Shown: one piece after another, positions 30,243 through 40,218 of the stretch
Position numbering within the stretch: the first letter of the stretch is position 1
Layout: the number at the start of each line of letters is the position of its first letter
DNA from: an uncultured Clostridia bacterium
GTDB lineage: Bacteria; Bacillota; Clostridia; Lachnospirales; CAMVHY01
NCBI GenBank assembly: GCA_947073045.1
Contig: CAMTJU010000004.1
Coordinates: forward strand, 1,150-65,149
Reading direction: 5' to 3'
Length of the DNA: 64,000 nucleotides
Program-made: the position numbers and the translations under genes
Notes under the pieces: model-generated
Databases searched by the model: none
What the model was told of the DNA's origin: nothing
The model's input: the letters and a program-made list of their open reading frames with translations, nothing else

Positions 30243-32069
30243 ATGTGTGGAATAGTTGGTTATATTGGCTTGAGCGATGCTCAGCCAATTTTATTAAGTG
30301 GACTTGAAAAATTAGAATATAGAGGATATGATTCAGCAGGCATTGCTGTGCATAACGGTAAAAAAATAGATATAGTCAAATCAAAAGGAAGGCTTTATGA
30401 ACTTAAAAAAAAACTTTCATCAAACAATCTCAAAGGAAATTTAGGAATAGGACATACAAGATGGGCAACGCATGGGATTCCTTCCGACGTTAATTCTCAT
30501 CCGCATACAAGCAATAATTGCAAGATAGCAGTCGTACATAATGGTATCATTGAAAATTATTTAGAGTTAAAAAAAAATTTGAGCCAGAGTATTTTTTCTT
30601 CGGATACCGACACAGAAGTTATTGCTCATCTAATTAATAAATACTATGTGCCAGGCAAAATAGAAAATTTAATTGATGCGATATTAAAAGTTTTAACCAA
30701 AATAAATGGTTCATATGCTTTAGCTATAATATGTGAAGATTTTCCGGATAAATTAATTGGTGTCAGAAAAGATAATCCATTGGTAATAGGTCTTGGTGAA
30801 AATGAAAACTTTATTGCTTCGGACATCACAGCAATTGTTAATTATACACGTGATGTCTATTTTTTGGACGATGAACAAATAGCATTGCTTGACAGTAAAA
30901 ATGTTACAGTGTTTGATAAAAATAAAAATGTTGTAAAAAAAGATGTGTTCAAAGTAGATTGGAATGTCGAAAGTACACAAAAAGGTGGATATGATTTTTA
31001 TATGCTCAAAGAAATTTTTGAGCAACCTAAAATTATTAATGATTTTATTTCTCTCAATCTCTCAGACAATAATTTCTTAGATAAAATAAATTTAAGCAAT
31101 AAACAAATTAAAAAATTTAATCGTATTTATATTGTCGGATGCGGTACGGCTTATCATGCAGGATTAATTGGAGCACGTCTTATGGAACGCTTGCCAAATG
31201 TTTTTGTGAGAGCACACATGGCAAGTGAATTTAGATATTCAAATCAAATTATTGACGAAAAAACATTATTGATTGCTATTTCGCAATCTGGTGAAACAGC
31301 CGATACTTTAGCTGCACTTCGTATTGCTAAAAAAAATAATGCGCGCGTGTTGTCAATCGTAAATGTTGTCGGCAGTAGCATTGCCAGAGAATCTGATAAT
31401 GTAATATATATTGCTGCTGGTCCTGAAATTGCCGTTGCCAGTACAAAAGCATTTTCTGCACAACTAATGGCATTTTATGTTCTTGTTTGTAATCTATATC
31501 GAAGTTTAGAAATTATAAGCGAGCAGCAATTTTTACAAATGCAAGAAAAATTACGAGAATTACCATCGCTTGTTAATCAAATTTTATCTTGCGAGAACGA
31601 AATAAAAGATAAAGCACAAAAATATTTATCATGCAAAAATGTTTTTTATATTGGCCGTAGTTTGGATTATTTTATAGCGCTCGAAGGCTCACTTAAACTC
31701 AAGGAAATTGCATACTTGTATTCGCAAGCATATGCAGCAGGTGAATTGAAACACGGACCAATAGCATTAATTGATGATACAATTTTGGTAATCGGTATAT
31801 TGACGCAAGAAAATATTATCGAAAAAACTTTGAGCAATTTAAAAGAATGTAAATCCCGCAGTGGTAAAATTTTTACTGTTACGAGTCAAATTGATAACAA
31901 AGTAAAAAATATTTCGGATGATGTGTTTGTCATTCCAAAAACACATGAAATTTTTGAGCCACTTCTTGCCAATATTGTCCTTCAACTTTTTGCATATTAC
32001 ATAGCCAATGGACTGGGATATGATATAGACAAACCAAGAAATCTTGCTAAATCTGTTACTGTGGAATAA
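30243..32069 (+). CDS. glmS: glutamine--fructose-6-phosphate aminotransferase
   Basis: MCGIVGY N-terminal nucleophile, two SIS domains, C-terminal KSVTVE. Confidence 0.97.
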   Translation: MCGIVGYIGLSDAQPILLSGLEKLEYRGYDSAGIAVHNGKKIDIVKSKGRLYELKKKLSSNNLKGNLGIGHTRWATHGIPSDVNSHPHTSNNCKIAVVHNGIIENYLELKKNLSQSIFSSDTDTEVIAHLINKYYVPGKIENLIDAILKVLTKINGSYALAIICEDFPDKLIGVRKDNPLVIGLGENENFIASDITAIVNYTRDVYFLDDEQIALLDSKNVTVFDKNKNVVKKDVFKVDWNVESTQKGGYDFYMLKEIFEQPKIINDFISLNLSDNNFLDKINLSNKQIKKFNRIYIVGCGTAYHAGLIGARLMERLPNVFVRAHMASEFRYSNQIIDEKTLLIAISQSGETADTLAALRIAKKNNARVLSIVNVVGSSIARESDNVIYIAAGPEIAVASTKAFSAQLMAFYVLVCNLYRSLEIISEQQFLQMQEKLRELPSLVNQILSCENEIKDKAQKYLSCKNVFYIGRSLDYFIALEGSLKLKEIAYLYSQAYAAGELKHGPIALIDDTILVIGILTQENIIEKTLSNLKECKSRSGKIFTVTSQIDNKVKNISDDVFVIPKTHEIFEPLLANIVLQLFAYYIANGLGYDIDKPRNLAKSVTVE

Positions 32070-32092
32070 ATAATTCCTAAAATTATAAATCA

Positions 32093-32123
32093 CTTACTTT
32101 CTTTATGAAAGTAAGTTTTTTTT
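32093..32123 (+). terminator. rho-independent terminator after glmS (E-type hairpin)
   Basis: CTTACTTTC-tttat-GAAAGTAAG followed by T8. Confidence 0.8.
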
Positions 32124-32254
32124 GCCAAAGTAAAATCGATTTGGCTTGACAGTATCATTTATAAATAATAAAATTAAGAATGGTTAGGAATAGCTAATCT
32201 AAATTATTTTTAGTGGGTTTTATATCAAATTCCAAAGAAAATGGAGGTGAATTA

Positions 32255-33838
32255 ATGAATAATTTTTTGGAAATTATCATTTTTGTTCTTGCGTGTGCAG
32301 CCTTTTTTATAATCGGCTTTATATACAGAAAAAAAATTAGTGAAAAGAAAATTAAGTCTGCCGAAAAACTTGCCGACGATATCATTAAAAAGGCTGAAAA
32401 AAAATTAAAAGATGCCGATTTAGAAGCCGTTAATATTAAAAACAATGCCGAAACTCGTAAAAAAGAAATTTTAATTGACACAAAAGAAGAATGTATAAAA
32501 TTAAAAGATGCAGCTGAGAAAGAAATTAAAAATCAAAAAAATGATTTATCTCAACACGAAAAGCGTATCTTAAAAAAAGAAGAACAACTCGATAAAAAAC
32601 AAATAGTTCTTGATGACCGAGAAGATGCACTGAACAAAAAAATGGAAAATATCGAATTAAAAAGTGCCGATTTGGATAAATTGATTGAACAACAACATGT
32701 AGAATTACAGAAAATTTCAGGCCTTTCACGTCAGCAAGCTAAAGATATTATCTTAGATAAAGTACGTGATGAAGTTTCTGGTGAAACATCAAGAATTATT
32801 AAAGAAATTGAGGCAAAAACTAAATCCGAAGCCGACAAAAAAGTGTATAATATATTAATGAATGCTATGCAGCGCTGTAATGTTGATCATGTGAGCGAAA
32901 CTACTGTTTCTGTTGTGACATTGCCAAATGAAGACATGAAAGGTAAAGTTATTGGCCGCGAAGGCAGAAATATCAGATTATTTGAATCATTGACAGGAAT
33001 TGATTTAATTATTGACGATACGCCTGAAGCAATTATTTTATCTGGATTCGACCCAATACGCAGAGAAATTGCGAAAATTGCTCTTGAAAAATTAGTTGTG
33101 GATGGAAGAATTCATCCTGCCCGTATTGAAGAAGTTGTAGCAAAAGCTAAAGTCGATATGGAAAACATTATTTTTGAAGAGGGCGAAAACGCAATTTATG
33201 AAACTGGCATAAGAAATTTACATCCGGAAATTATAAAATTGCTCGGAAAAATGAAATATAGAACAAGTTACGGACAAAATGCTCTTAAACATTCAATTGA
33301 AGTTGCTCACTTATCAGGGCTAATTGCAGGAGAAATTGGTGTAGATATAAATTTAGCTAAGCGTGCTGGATTGCTACACGATATAGGCAAATCTGTTGAC
33401 CATGAAATAGAAGGTTCGCATATTACAATTGGCTCATCTTTATGCAAAAAATATCATGAATCCGATATTGTCATTAACGCAATAGAATCACATCATGGAG
33501 ACGTTGAACCCAAAAATATTATTAGCGTAATAGTTCAAATTGCAGACGCAATTTCGGCTGCAAGGCCAGGTGCCCGCAGAGAAACTTTGGAGGCATATAT
33601 AAAACGTCTTGAAAATCTAGAAAAAATATCCGATTCATTTGATGGAGTTGAAAAATCATTTGCAATACATGCTGGCCGTGAGCTTAGAATTATAGTTATA
33701 CCAGAAAAAGTTAGCGATAATGCAATGCCACTGTTGGCAAGAAGTATTGCTAAAAAAATTGAAAATGAGTTGGAATACCCAGGTCAAATTAAAGTTAATC
33801 TTATACGCGATACACGTGCTGTCGAATATGCAAATTAA
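32255..33838 (+). CDS. rny: ribonuclease Y
   Basis: N-terminal TM helix, coiled coil, KH domain ([15 protein letters not shown]) and HD domain (HSIEVA.., LLHDIGK, HHGD). ATG at 32255 sits behind GGAGGTG. Confidence 0.96.
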   Translation: MNNFLEIIIFVLACAAFFIIGFIYRKKISEKKIKSAEKLADDIIKKAEKKLKDADLEAVNIKNNAETRKKEILIDTKEECIKLKDAAEKEIKNQKNDLSQHEKRILKKEEQLDKKQIVLDDREDALNKKMENIELKSADLDKLIEQQHVELQKISGLSRQQAKDIILDKVRDEVSGETSRIIKEIEAKTKSEADKKVYNILMNAMQRCNVDHVSETTVSVVTLPNEDMKGKVIGREGRNIRLFESLTGIDLIIDDTPEAIILSGFDPIRREIAKIALEKLVVDGRIHPARIEEVVAKAKVDMENIIFEEGENAIYETGIRNLHPEIIKLLGKMKYRTSYGQNALKHSIEVAHLSGLIAGEIGVDINLAKRAGLLHDIGKSVDHEIEGSHITIGSSLCKKYHESDIVINAIESHHGDVEPKNIISVIVQIADAISAARPGARRETLEAYIKRLENLEKISDSFDGVEKSFAIHAGRELRIIVIPEKVSDNAMPLLARSIAKKIENELEYPGQIKVNLIRDTRAVEYAN

Positions 33839-33867
33839 TTTTTAAACAAATTTATCAAATAATTAAC

Positions 33868-33910
33868 AAGGATTGAATCTTGTATAAAACAAGTTTCAAT
33901 CCTTTTTTGT
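33868..33910 (+). terminator. rho-independent terminator after rny
   Basis: AAGGATTGAA ... TTTCAATCCTT stem followed by TTTTTGTTT. Confidence 0.75.
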
Positions 33911-34031
33911 TTGCTTTTTTTTAACGCTCTGGCAAATTCGTTTTCCTTATTAAAAATTTTTTTTGGTGTTTGAGTTGAGATTGTTAACATTTTTCTAAAT
34001 GGGGAATAAAATTTAATCACAAGTGTTTTAC

Positions 34032-34060
34032 TTGATTTTAATTTGCTTTTGTGATATTAT
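34032..34060 (+). promoter_or_regulatory. sigma-A type promoter of the Rrf2-nifS-nifU operon
   Basis: TTGATT, 17 nt spacer ending in TGa, TATTAT. 23 nt upstream of the ATG at 34083. Confidence 0.5.
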
Positions 34061-34082
34061 TTTTTTGTTGGAGATGATAATT

Positions 34083-34520
34083 ATGAAAATATCAACTCGA
34101 AGTCGCTACGGTTTGAAAGCTATTGTCGATATTGCTGCTCAATATCCAATGGCTACTAATATTAAAAATATTGCGCAGCGCCAAAACATTCCCAAAAATT
34201 ATCTGGATCAAATTCTTGCCATATTAAAAAAGTCTGGTTTTATAAAAAGTATTCGTGGTGCTCATGGTGGTTATATTTTGGATTGTGATCCCGTTAATAC
34301 AGATATTGGTTCTGTTTTGCGAGCTCTTGAAGGCTCATTATGTCTTGTTAATTGCTTATCAAACGCTCCAAATAATTCTTGCAACAATGCTGATTGCAAT
34401 AGCTGTTTTACAAAAAACGTTTGGGCCAAAATTTATGAAAATATAAATTCTGCCATTGATTCTATCAGTATTAACGATTTAGTTGAGGACTATAAAAAAT
34501 TATCGAGAAAGGAGAATTAA
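34083..34520 (+). CDS. Rrf2 family transcriptional regulator (IscR/CymR-like)
   Basis: MKISTRSRYGLKAIVDIA wHTH start and a C-terminal Cys cluster (CLVNC...C..C..C) compatible with Fe-S binding. Confidence 0.88.
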   Translation: MKISTRSRYGLKAIVDIAAQYPMATNIKNIAQRQNIPKNYLDQILAILKKSGFIKSIRGAHGGYILDCDPVNTDIGSVLRALEGSLCLVNCLSNAPNNSCNNADCNSCFTKNVWAKIYENINSAIDSISINDLVEDYKKLSRKEN

Positions 34521-34521
34521 T

Positions 34522-35697
34522 ATGATTTATTTTGATAATGCTGCAACTACAATGCTTGATCCTAAAGTTTTGGAAACTATGATGCCGTACCTTAAAACTT
34601 CATTTGGCAATCCTTCTAGTATTTATAAATTGGCGCAAGAAAGTCATATTGCGCTTGAAAATGCTAGAAGTAAAATTGCAAAAATACTTAATGCTAGGCC
34701 GGATGAAATTTATTTTACAAGTGGCGGTACTGAATCTGATAATTGGGCAATAAAATGTATTGCGCAAGCTTACAAGAACAAAGGTAAACATATTATTACA
34801 AGTTCGATAGAGCATCATGCCGTTTTACATTCTTGTAAATATCTTGAAAGTCAAGGATTTCGGGTAACTTACCTTCCTGTTGACAAAGATGGATTAATAG
34901 ATTTGGATGAGCTTGAGAAAAATATTTGCGAAGATACAATTTTAATTTCAATTATATTTGCCAATAATGAAATTGGAACTATTCAACCAATTGAGCAAAT
35001 TGGCAAGATTGCGCGCAATCACAATATTGTTTTTCATACCGATGCCGTACAAGCTGCTGGCTCTATTCCTATCGATGTAAAAAAGATGAATATTGATTCG
35101 CTTTCAATTTCAGCTCATAAATTTTATGGACCAAAAGGTGTTGGCTTACTTTATTTGTGCAAAGGCGTTAAAATCATTCCATTTATGGATGGAGGCGCTC
35201 AGGAGCTTCAAAAACGTGCCGGCACAGAAAATGTTGCATCTATCGTAGGAATGGCAAATGCATTGGAAATTGCAAATGAGAACATGGAACAAAATATTGA
35301 AAAAATTACTTTGCTTCGTGATAAAATTATTGATAATATATTAAAGACAATTCCGCATTGCAGATTAAACGGCCACAGAACAAAAAGATTGCCAAATAAT
35401 ATTAATATTTCCTTTGAATTTATAGAAGGTGAGTCACTTTTATTATTGCTTGATTCAAAAAATATTTATGCATCAAGTGGATCAGCTTGTACTTCAGGTT
35501 CTTTAGACCCATCGCACGTTTTATTGGCAATAGGATTGCCTCATGAAATAGCACATGGTTCACTTAGAATTACATTGAGCAAATACAATACACAAGAAGA
35601 AGTAGATATTTTTTTATCGTATCTTCCAGGAATAATCAAAAGATTAAGGGATATGTCCCCACTTTATGAAGAATTTTTGCAAAAACAAACGAGGTGA
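34522..35697 (+). CDS. nifS: cysteine desulfurase (NifS/IscS type)
   Basis: PLP lysine motif SAHKFYGPKG and catalytic loop SSGSACTSG. Confidence 0.93.
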   Translation: MIYFDNAATTMLDPKVLETMMPYLKTSFGNPSSIYKLAQESHIALENARSKIAKILNARPDEIYFTSGGTESDNWAIKCIAQAYKNKGKHIITSSIEHHAVLHSCKYLESQGFRVTYLPVDKDGLIDLDELEKNICEDTILISIIFANNEIGTIQPIEQIGKIARNHNIVFHTDAVQAAGSIPIDVKKMNIDSLSISAHKFYGPKGVGLLYLCKGVKIIPFMDGGAQELQKRAGTENVASIVGMANALEIANENMEQNIEKITLLRDKIIDNILKTIPHCRLNGHRTKRLPNNINISFEFIEGESLLLLLDSKNIYASSGSACTSGSLDPSHVLLAIGLPHEIAHGSLRITLSKYNTQEEVDIFLSYLPGIIKRLRDMSPLYEEFLQKQTR

Positions 35698-35702
35698 TTT
35701 AA

Positions 35703-36128
35703 ATGGATTATAGTCAGAAAGTTATGGATCATTTTATGAATCCTAGAAATGTCGGCTCATTGGAAAATGCAAACGGAATAGGAACTGTTGGCAATGCTAA
35801 ATGCGGCGACATAATGAAAATTTTTTTGAAAGTCAACGATAACCAAATTATTGAAGATGTTAAATTCAAAACGTTCGGATGCGGTGCAGCAATTGCTACC
35901 AGTAGTATGGCTACTGAACTCATAAAAGGCAAAAGTATCTATGACGCATTGAAAATTACAAATAAAGCGGTAATGGAAGCATTAGATGGTTTGCCGCCAG
36001 TCAAGGTTCATTGTTCTTGTCTGGCGCAAGAAGCAATACAGGCAGCAATTTTAGATTATGCACAAAAAAATAATATAAAGATTGATACTCCTAAAGCTTC
36101 GTCTAAAAGTACTTGTTGCCATAATTAA
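35703..36128 (+). CDS. nifU: Fe-S cluster assembly scaffold protein NifU/IscU
   Basis: Three conserved Cys contexts: NAKCGD, FGCGAAIA, HCSCLA. Confidence 0.93.
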   Translation: MDYSQKVMDHFMNPRNVGSLENANGIGTVGNAKCGDIMKIFLKVNDNQIIEDVKFKTFGCGAAIATSSMATELIKGKSIYDALKITNKAVMEALDGLPPVKVHCSCLAQEAIQAAILDYAQKNNIKIDTPKASSKSTCCHN

Positions 36129-36152
36129 TTTCTGGCAGTTAATTTTTAAAAT

Positions 36153-36199
36153 AAAGCACTTTTATTAGGCATTTATTTTTGTCTAATGAAAGTGCTTTA
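36153..36199. repeat. mini-palindrome with TTAGGC/GTCTAA core, also placed to terminate nifU
   Basis: AAAGCACTTTTATTAGGC-atttattttt-GTCTAATGAAAGTGCTTT. Same architecture as 39477-39516 and 48396-48453. Confidence 0.6.
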
Positions 36200-36255
36200 C
36201 TTTTATTTGACACAACTTTATAATTAATGTATATTTTATTCAAGGAGATGATTTA

Positions 36256-36672
36256 ATGTTAAATTTTTTATTGCTTGAAGTTGATAACAATCCAATTATA
36301 AATGGCTCAACAACGCACAGTACACCCGTGCAAGTTACAAATCAAGTTACTGCAAGCACAAGTATTCCATCGCAAAATTTGCCACAAGCTAACGTGACAA
36401 CATTTGATTTCATGTCTACAATTTTTGTTTATATAGCTTTATTTTTTGCAGTGTATTGGTTTTTTATCAGGCCACAAAAAAAACGGCAAGAAGAGCTTAT
36501 GAAATTTCAAGATAGTCTCAAACCTGGAGACGATGTTATAACAGCATCAGGTTTACATGGAAAAATAATTGAAGTTACAGAAAAAACTTTTATAATTGAA
36601 TTTGGTCTCAACAAAGGAATAAGAATTCCAGTGAGCAAATCTCATGTTATGGCAATGGAAGATGAACAATAA
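36256..36672 (+). CDS. yajC: preprotein translocase subunit YajC with a ~55 aa N-terminal extension
   Basis: The C-terminal 85 aa are canonical YajC (TM helix, then RPQKKRQEE, GDDVITASGLHGKI). The strong AAGGAG RBS is at the upstream ATG (36256), not at the internal Met. Confidence 0.85.
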   Translation: MLNFLLLEVDNNPIINGSTTHSTPVQVTNQVTASTSIPSQNLPQANVTTFDFMSTIFVYIALFFAVYWFFIRPQKKRQEELMKFQDSLKPGDDVITASGLHGKIIEVTEKTFIIEFGLNKGIRIPVSKSHVMAMEDEQ

Positions 36673-36736
36673 AAATTTGAAAAATAAAAATCAAAATCCA
36701 ACTTTTTTTTGAAAAAAAATTCACAAAAAAACTTAT

Positions 36737-36769
36737 AAAAAAAATCTCAAGCAGATGCTTGAGATTTTT
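36737..36769. terminator. intact hairpin module A (AAAAAAAATCTCAAGCagatGCTTGAGATTTTTA), placed as the yajC terminator
   Basis: A run, 8-bp GC-containing stem, T run. Symmetrical, so potentially bidirectional. Confidence 0.7.
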
Positions 36770-36785
36770 ATTTTTGTTTCTTTTC

Positions 36786-36848
36786 ATGAAGCGGTTTATA
36801 ATAACACGCTTATGCTTACTTTTTTCTTTTAAAAGAAAAAGTAAAAAG
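36786..36848 (+). repeat. B-C' repeat unit
   Basis: ATGAAGCGGTTTATAATAACACGCTTAT followed by the CTTACTTTTTTCTTTTAAAAGAAAAAGTAAAAAG palindrome. Confidence 0.75.
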
Positions 36849-36850
36849 AT

Positions 36851-38119
36851 TGATCTAATCTCAAAAAGTTAGACAAAGTTATATAAAAAAATCTATTAAG
36901 CACCGAAAAGGCTTGCAGTCTGTGAATAGCAGAAGGCAAGCCTTTAAGCTTTACCTTGATACGCCGGTTATTGTAGTAGTCAAGATATTCCATTAATTCC
37001 TGTTTAAAGTGTTCCATGGATTCAAACTTTTGCAAGTAGAATAGCTCACTTTTCAGCAAGCTAAAAAAGTTTTCTATCACTGCATTGTCCAGGCAGTTGT
37101 CTTTGCCGCTCATGCTCTGTCGAATACCTTTCCTATGGAGCATTCGTTGGTATTGCTTGTACTGATATTGCCAACCTTGGTCGGAATGAAGAATGAGATT
37201 AGTATCATTTGGAATTGTTTTAAATGCTTTATCTAGCATGCTTATTACCATTCTTAATACAAAACGCTCTGAAATGGTGTGGCTTAACAAGTTGCTGATA
37301 TGCAGATCAAGAATAGGCGACAGATATAGCTTTTTTTTGAATAAATTGAACTCTGTCGCATCGGTGACTTACTTTTGGTTTGGTTTTTCTGTTTTGAAAC
37401 CTCGGTTCAGGAAATTTGGAGCAATTTTTCCCACCTCGCCTTTGTAAGGACGGTATTTTTTATCATGACACGACACACAAGACCTAATTTATTCATGAAT
37501 CTTTGGACAGTCTTATGATTTTTTGTTGTGTAGCTCAGCTGTGATTCGACACTAACCATACCGTCCTTTGTTTCCGTGATAAATCTTTGTGATCTGTGCC
37601 TGACTAATTCATACTTGTCTGGCTTATTCATCTGTTTTAAGTGATAGTAAAATGTTGCACGGACTAATTGAGCAATTGAAAAAAGTATTTTCAATGAATG
37701 TTTTGCCTTAGTTTTTGAACTACCTGCGTTTTTTGCGCTGGCATAGTTCGTTTTCCAAAACCAAGGCTTGCAAGTTTTTTGGGTAGTCATTTTCTGCTCT
37801 TAAACGTTGTACTTGCGCCAAGAGGTCTTCCTCTACTTCTTTTGGAAATTCTCGTGACGACCTGTGCTGGCCCACTCGCGCCGTTCTATTGCCAAACCTT
37901 CTATTCCTTGTGTCAGATATATCCTCTCCCACTTCTGGATACTTCCATCTGCTATGCCATACTTTTGTTCTACTTCATGGTACAACATGCTTTTTCCAAT
38001 ACCCGTTTTACCACCATTTCTTTATATTCTGCCGTGTATCTCTTGTTTCGTTTCCCTTTTGACACAATTTATTCTTATTTTTCAGTATATCATACTGTCT
38101 AACAAATGAGGTCAGTTCA
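36851..38119 (-). mobile_element. IS3-family (IS150-like) insertion sequence, copy 2. Most complete copy (~1.27 kb), transposase frame broken.
   Basis: OrfA tail (QRLRAENDYPKNLQALVLENELCQRKKRR, 37720-37932). OrfB pieces 37407-37790 and 36829-37290 (HSDQGWQY, NAVIENFF). The left IR TGAACTGACCTCATTTGTTAGACAGTATG ends at 38119. The right IR is diverged (TGATCTAATCTCAAAAAGTTAGACA from 36851). At least two frame breaks. Confidence 0.88.
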
Positions 38120-38122
38120 AAC

Positions 38123-38199
38123 GCTTGAGATTTTTTTATTAAAGTTTTTTATGAAGCGGCTCAAAAGGAGACGCTTATAGCAAGCTTTTTTCAAAAAGC
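38123..38199 (+). repeat. 3' half of hairpin A (GCTTGAGATTTTTTT) followed by a B-C unit
   Basis: The half hairpin is 3 nt from the IS end. ATGAAGCGGCTCAAAAGGAGACGCTTAT (38151-38178) and GCTTTTTTCAAAAAGC (38184-38199). Confidence 0.75.
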
Positions 38200-38458
38200 A
38201 TAGATTGAATAAAAGACTTATCTTTTTTTTATTACTAATTGATTTTTTGATAATTGCAATAATTATTTTAACGAAAATTAAATGATATTTTTTATAATTA
38301 TTCCAATTGAAATTATAAAAAAATTAAGAATTGTAGATAATGAACTTATCTTAATTTTTTTATTATAGTTTGTTATACTATTGAGTAAGCCGTTAAATGA
38401 AAAATTAAATTTGTGCGTTAACAATTTTAATTTACAATAAAAAGGGTGATTTGAAATT

Positions 38459-39430
38459 ATGAAAGAAAAATTGATTTTGTCAGAAGAATGGGATAAAACA
38501 TTTCCCAAAAGCAATAAAGTAAATCATCGTAAAATTACTTTTAATAATCGTTATGGAATTACTATTGCAGCGGATTTGTATGAACCAAAAAATATTGTGG
38601 GCAAACTATCAGCTATTGCAGTATGTGGACCATTCGGAGCTGTAAAAGAGCAATCTTCAGGCTTATATGCACAAACAATGGCACAAAAAGGTTTTTTAAC
38701 TATTGCGTTTGATCCATCCTTTACTGGTGAAAGTGGTGGAACACCAAGATATGTAGCCTCCCCTGATATCAATACCGAAGATTTTCAGGCAGCAGTTGAT
38801 TTTTTATCCATTTTGGAAAATGTTGATCCAGAAAAAATTGGTATTATTGGTATTTGTGGATGGGGCGGTATGGCTTTAAATGCAGCAGCAATTGATACTA
38901 GAATAAAAGCAACTGTTACTTCAACTATGTATGATATGACACGGGTAAATGCAAAAGGATATTTTGATTCTGAAGACAGTGAAGAAACACGATATCAAAA
39001 ACGTAAAAAATTAAATGCACAAAGAATTATCGACTATAAAAATGGATATTACGCAAGAGCAGGCGGAGTAGTTGATCCGCTTCCAAATGATGCCCCATTT
39101 TTTATAAAAGATTATTATGATTATTACAAAACCAATCGTGGCTACCACAAACGCTCCTTAAATTCAAATGATGGGTGGAATGTTACATCCACTTTATCAT
39201 TTTTAAATATGCCAATTTTGCAATATAGCAATGAAATTCGTAGTGCAGTTCTATTAATTCACGGCGAAAAAGCCCATTCATGTTATTTTAGTCGTGATGC
39301 ATTTAAAAATTTAAAAGGTGACAACAAAGAATTATTTATTATTCCAAATGCTGTGCATACAGATTTATATGATAATATGAACATTATTCCATTTGATAAA
39401 ATGGTTGAGTTTTTCAAAGATAATTTATAG
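38459..39430 (+). CDS. alpha/beta hydrolase, dienelactone-hydrolase-like (Cys nucleophile elbow)
   Basis: 323 aa. GICGWGG matches a Gly-x-Cys-x-Gly nucleophile elbow. C-terminal HTDLY supplies a candidate catalytic His. Confidence 0.7.
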   Translation: MKEKLILSEEWDKTFPKSNKVNHRKITFNNRYGITIAADLYEPKNIVGKLSAIAVCGPFGAVKEQSSGLYAQTMAQKGFLTIAFDPSFTGESGGTPRYVASPDINTEDFQAAVDFLSILENVDPEKIGIIGICGWGGMALNAAAIDTRIKATVTSTMYDMTRVNAKGYFDSEDSEETRYQKRKKLNAQRIIDYKNGYYARAGGVVDPLPNDAPFFIKDYYDYYKTNRGYHKRSLNSNDGWNVTSTLSFLNMPILQYSNEIRSAVLLIHGEKAHSCYFSRDAFKNLKGDNKELFIIPNAVHTDLYDNMNIIPFDKMVEFFKDNL

Positions 39431-39476
39431 TTTGCAGTTTTAAAATCAAAAGATAAGTTTTTGAAAAAGTAAACTA

Positions 39477-39516
39477 TCTCTTTTGTTAGACAAAAATAAT
39501 TGTCTAATGAAAGGGA
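39477..39516. repeat. mini-palindrome TCTCTTTTGTTAGACA-aaaataat-TGTCTAATGAAAGGGA
   Basis: The TTGTTAGACA / TGTCTAA core is identical to the subterminal IS sequence (CATTTGTTAGACAGTATG). Confidence 0.6.
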
Positions 39517-39612
39517 TTTATTTTATATATTAAAACATAGTCAGAAATTTGGTATAATAAAGTTATTTAGTATGATTTGGTAAAATTTTTATTAAAAAGG
39601 AGAATGAGTAAT

Positions 39613-40092
39613 ATGAAAAAGACATTAGTAGCATATTTTAGCGCAAGCGGTGTTACCGCAAAAGTTGCAAAAAATCTTGCAAAGGCAGCAGATGCTGATC
39701 TGTATGAAATTCGCCCAAAGACACCATACACTGCAGCAGATTTAAATTGGATTGATAAACAAGCTCGAAGTACTATTGAAATGCATAATAAATCTTTTCG
39801 TCCGGAACTGTTGGATCATGATGCCAATATTTCAAAATATGATGTTGTTTATGTTGGTTTTCCAATTTGGTGGTATGTTGCACCGACTATTATTAATACT
39901 TTTTTGGAAAGCTATGATTTTTCTGGGAAAACTATTGTGTTATTTGCAACATCAGGCGGCAGTGGATTCGGAAATACAGTAAAAGAATTGGAGAAAAGCT
40001 GTGAGGGTGCAAAAATTATTGAAGGCCGTATACTAAAAAGTACTCAATCAGAAAATGATTTGAAAGAATGGATAGAAACACTTGATATTTAA
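39613..40092 (+). CDS. flavodoxin
   Basis: MKKTLVAYFSASGVTAKVAK FMN phosphate-binding loop and FPIWWY.. aromatic loop. ATG at 39613 sits behind AAGGAG. Confidence 0.85.
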   Translation: MKKTLVAYFSASGVTAKVAKNLAKAADADLYEIRPKTPYTAADLNWIDKQARSTIEMHNKSFRPELLDHDANISKYDVVYVGFPIWWYVAPTIINTFLESYDFSGKTIVLFATSGGSGFGNTVKELEKSCEGAKIIEGRILKSTQSENDLKEWIETLDI

Positions 40093-40146
40093 TTAGGTAT
40101 ATAGTGATTGATTTATCCAAATCTAAAATTTATTGTAACAAAACTA

Positions 40147-40174
40147 AAACTCAAGCTTAAAAGCTTGAGTTTTT
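40147..40174. terminator. bidirectional terminator between convergent flavodoxin and secreted-protein genes (A-type variant)
   Basis: AAAACTCAAGCTTaaAAGCTTGAGTTTT with an A run before and a T run after. Confidence 0.75.
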
Positions 40175-40218
40175 ATATACAGGGTAAATTCATCATTATT
40201 TTTTAAAATTAATTCAAA

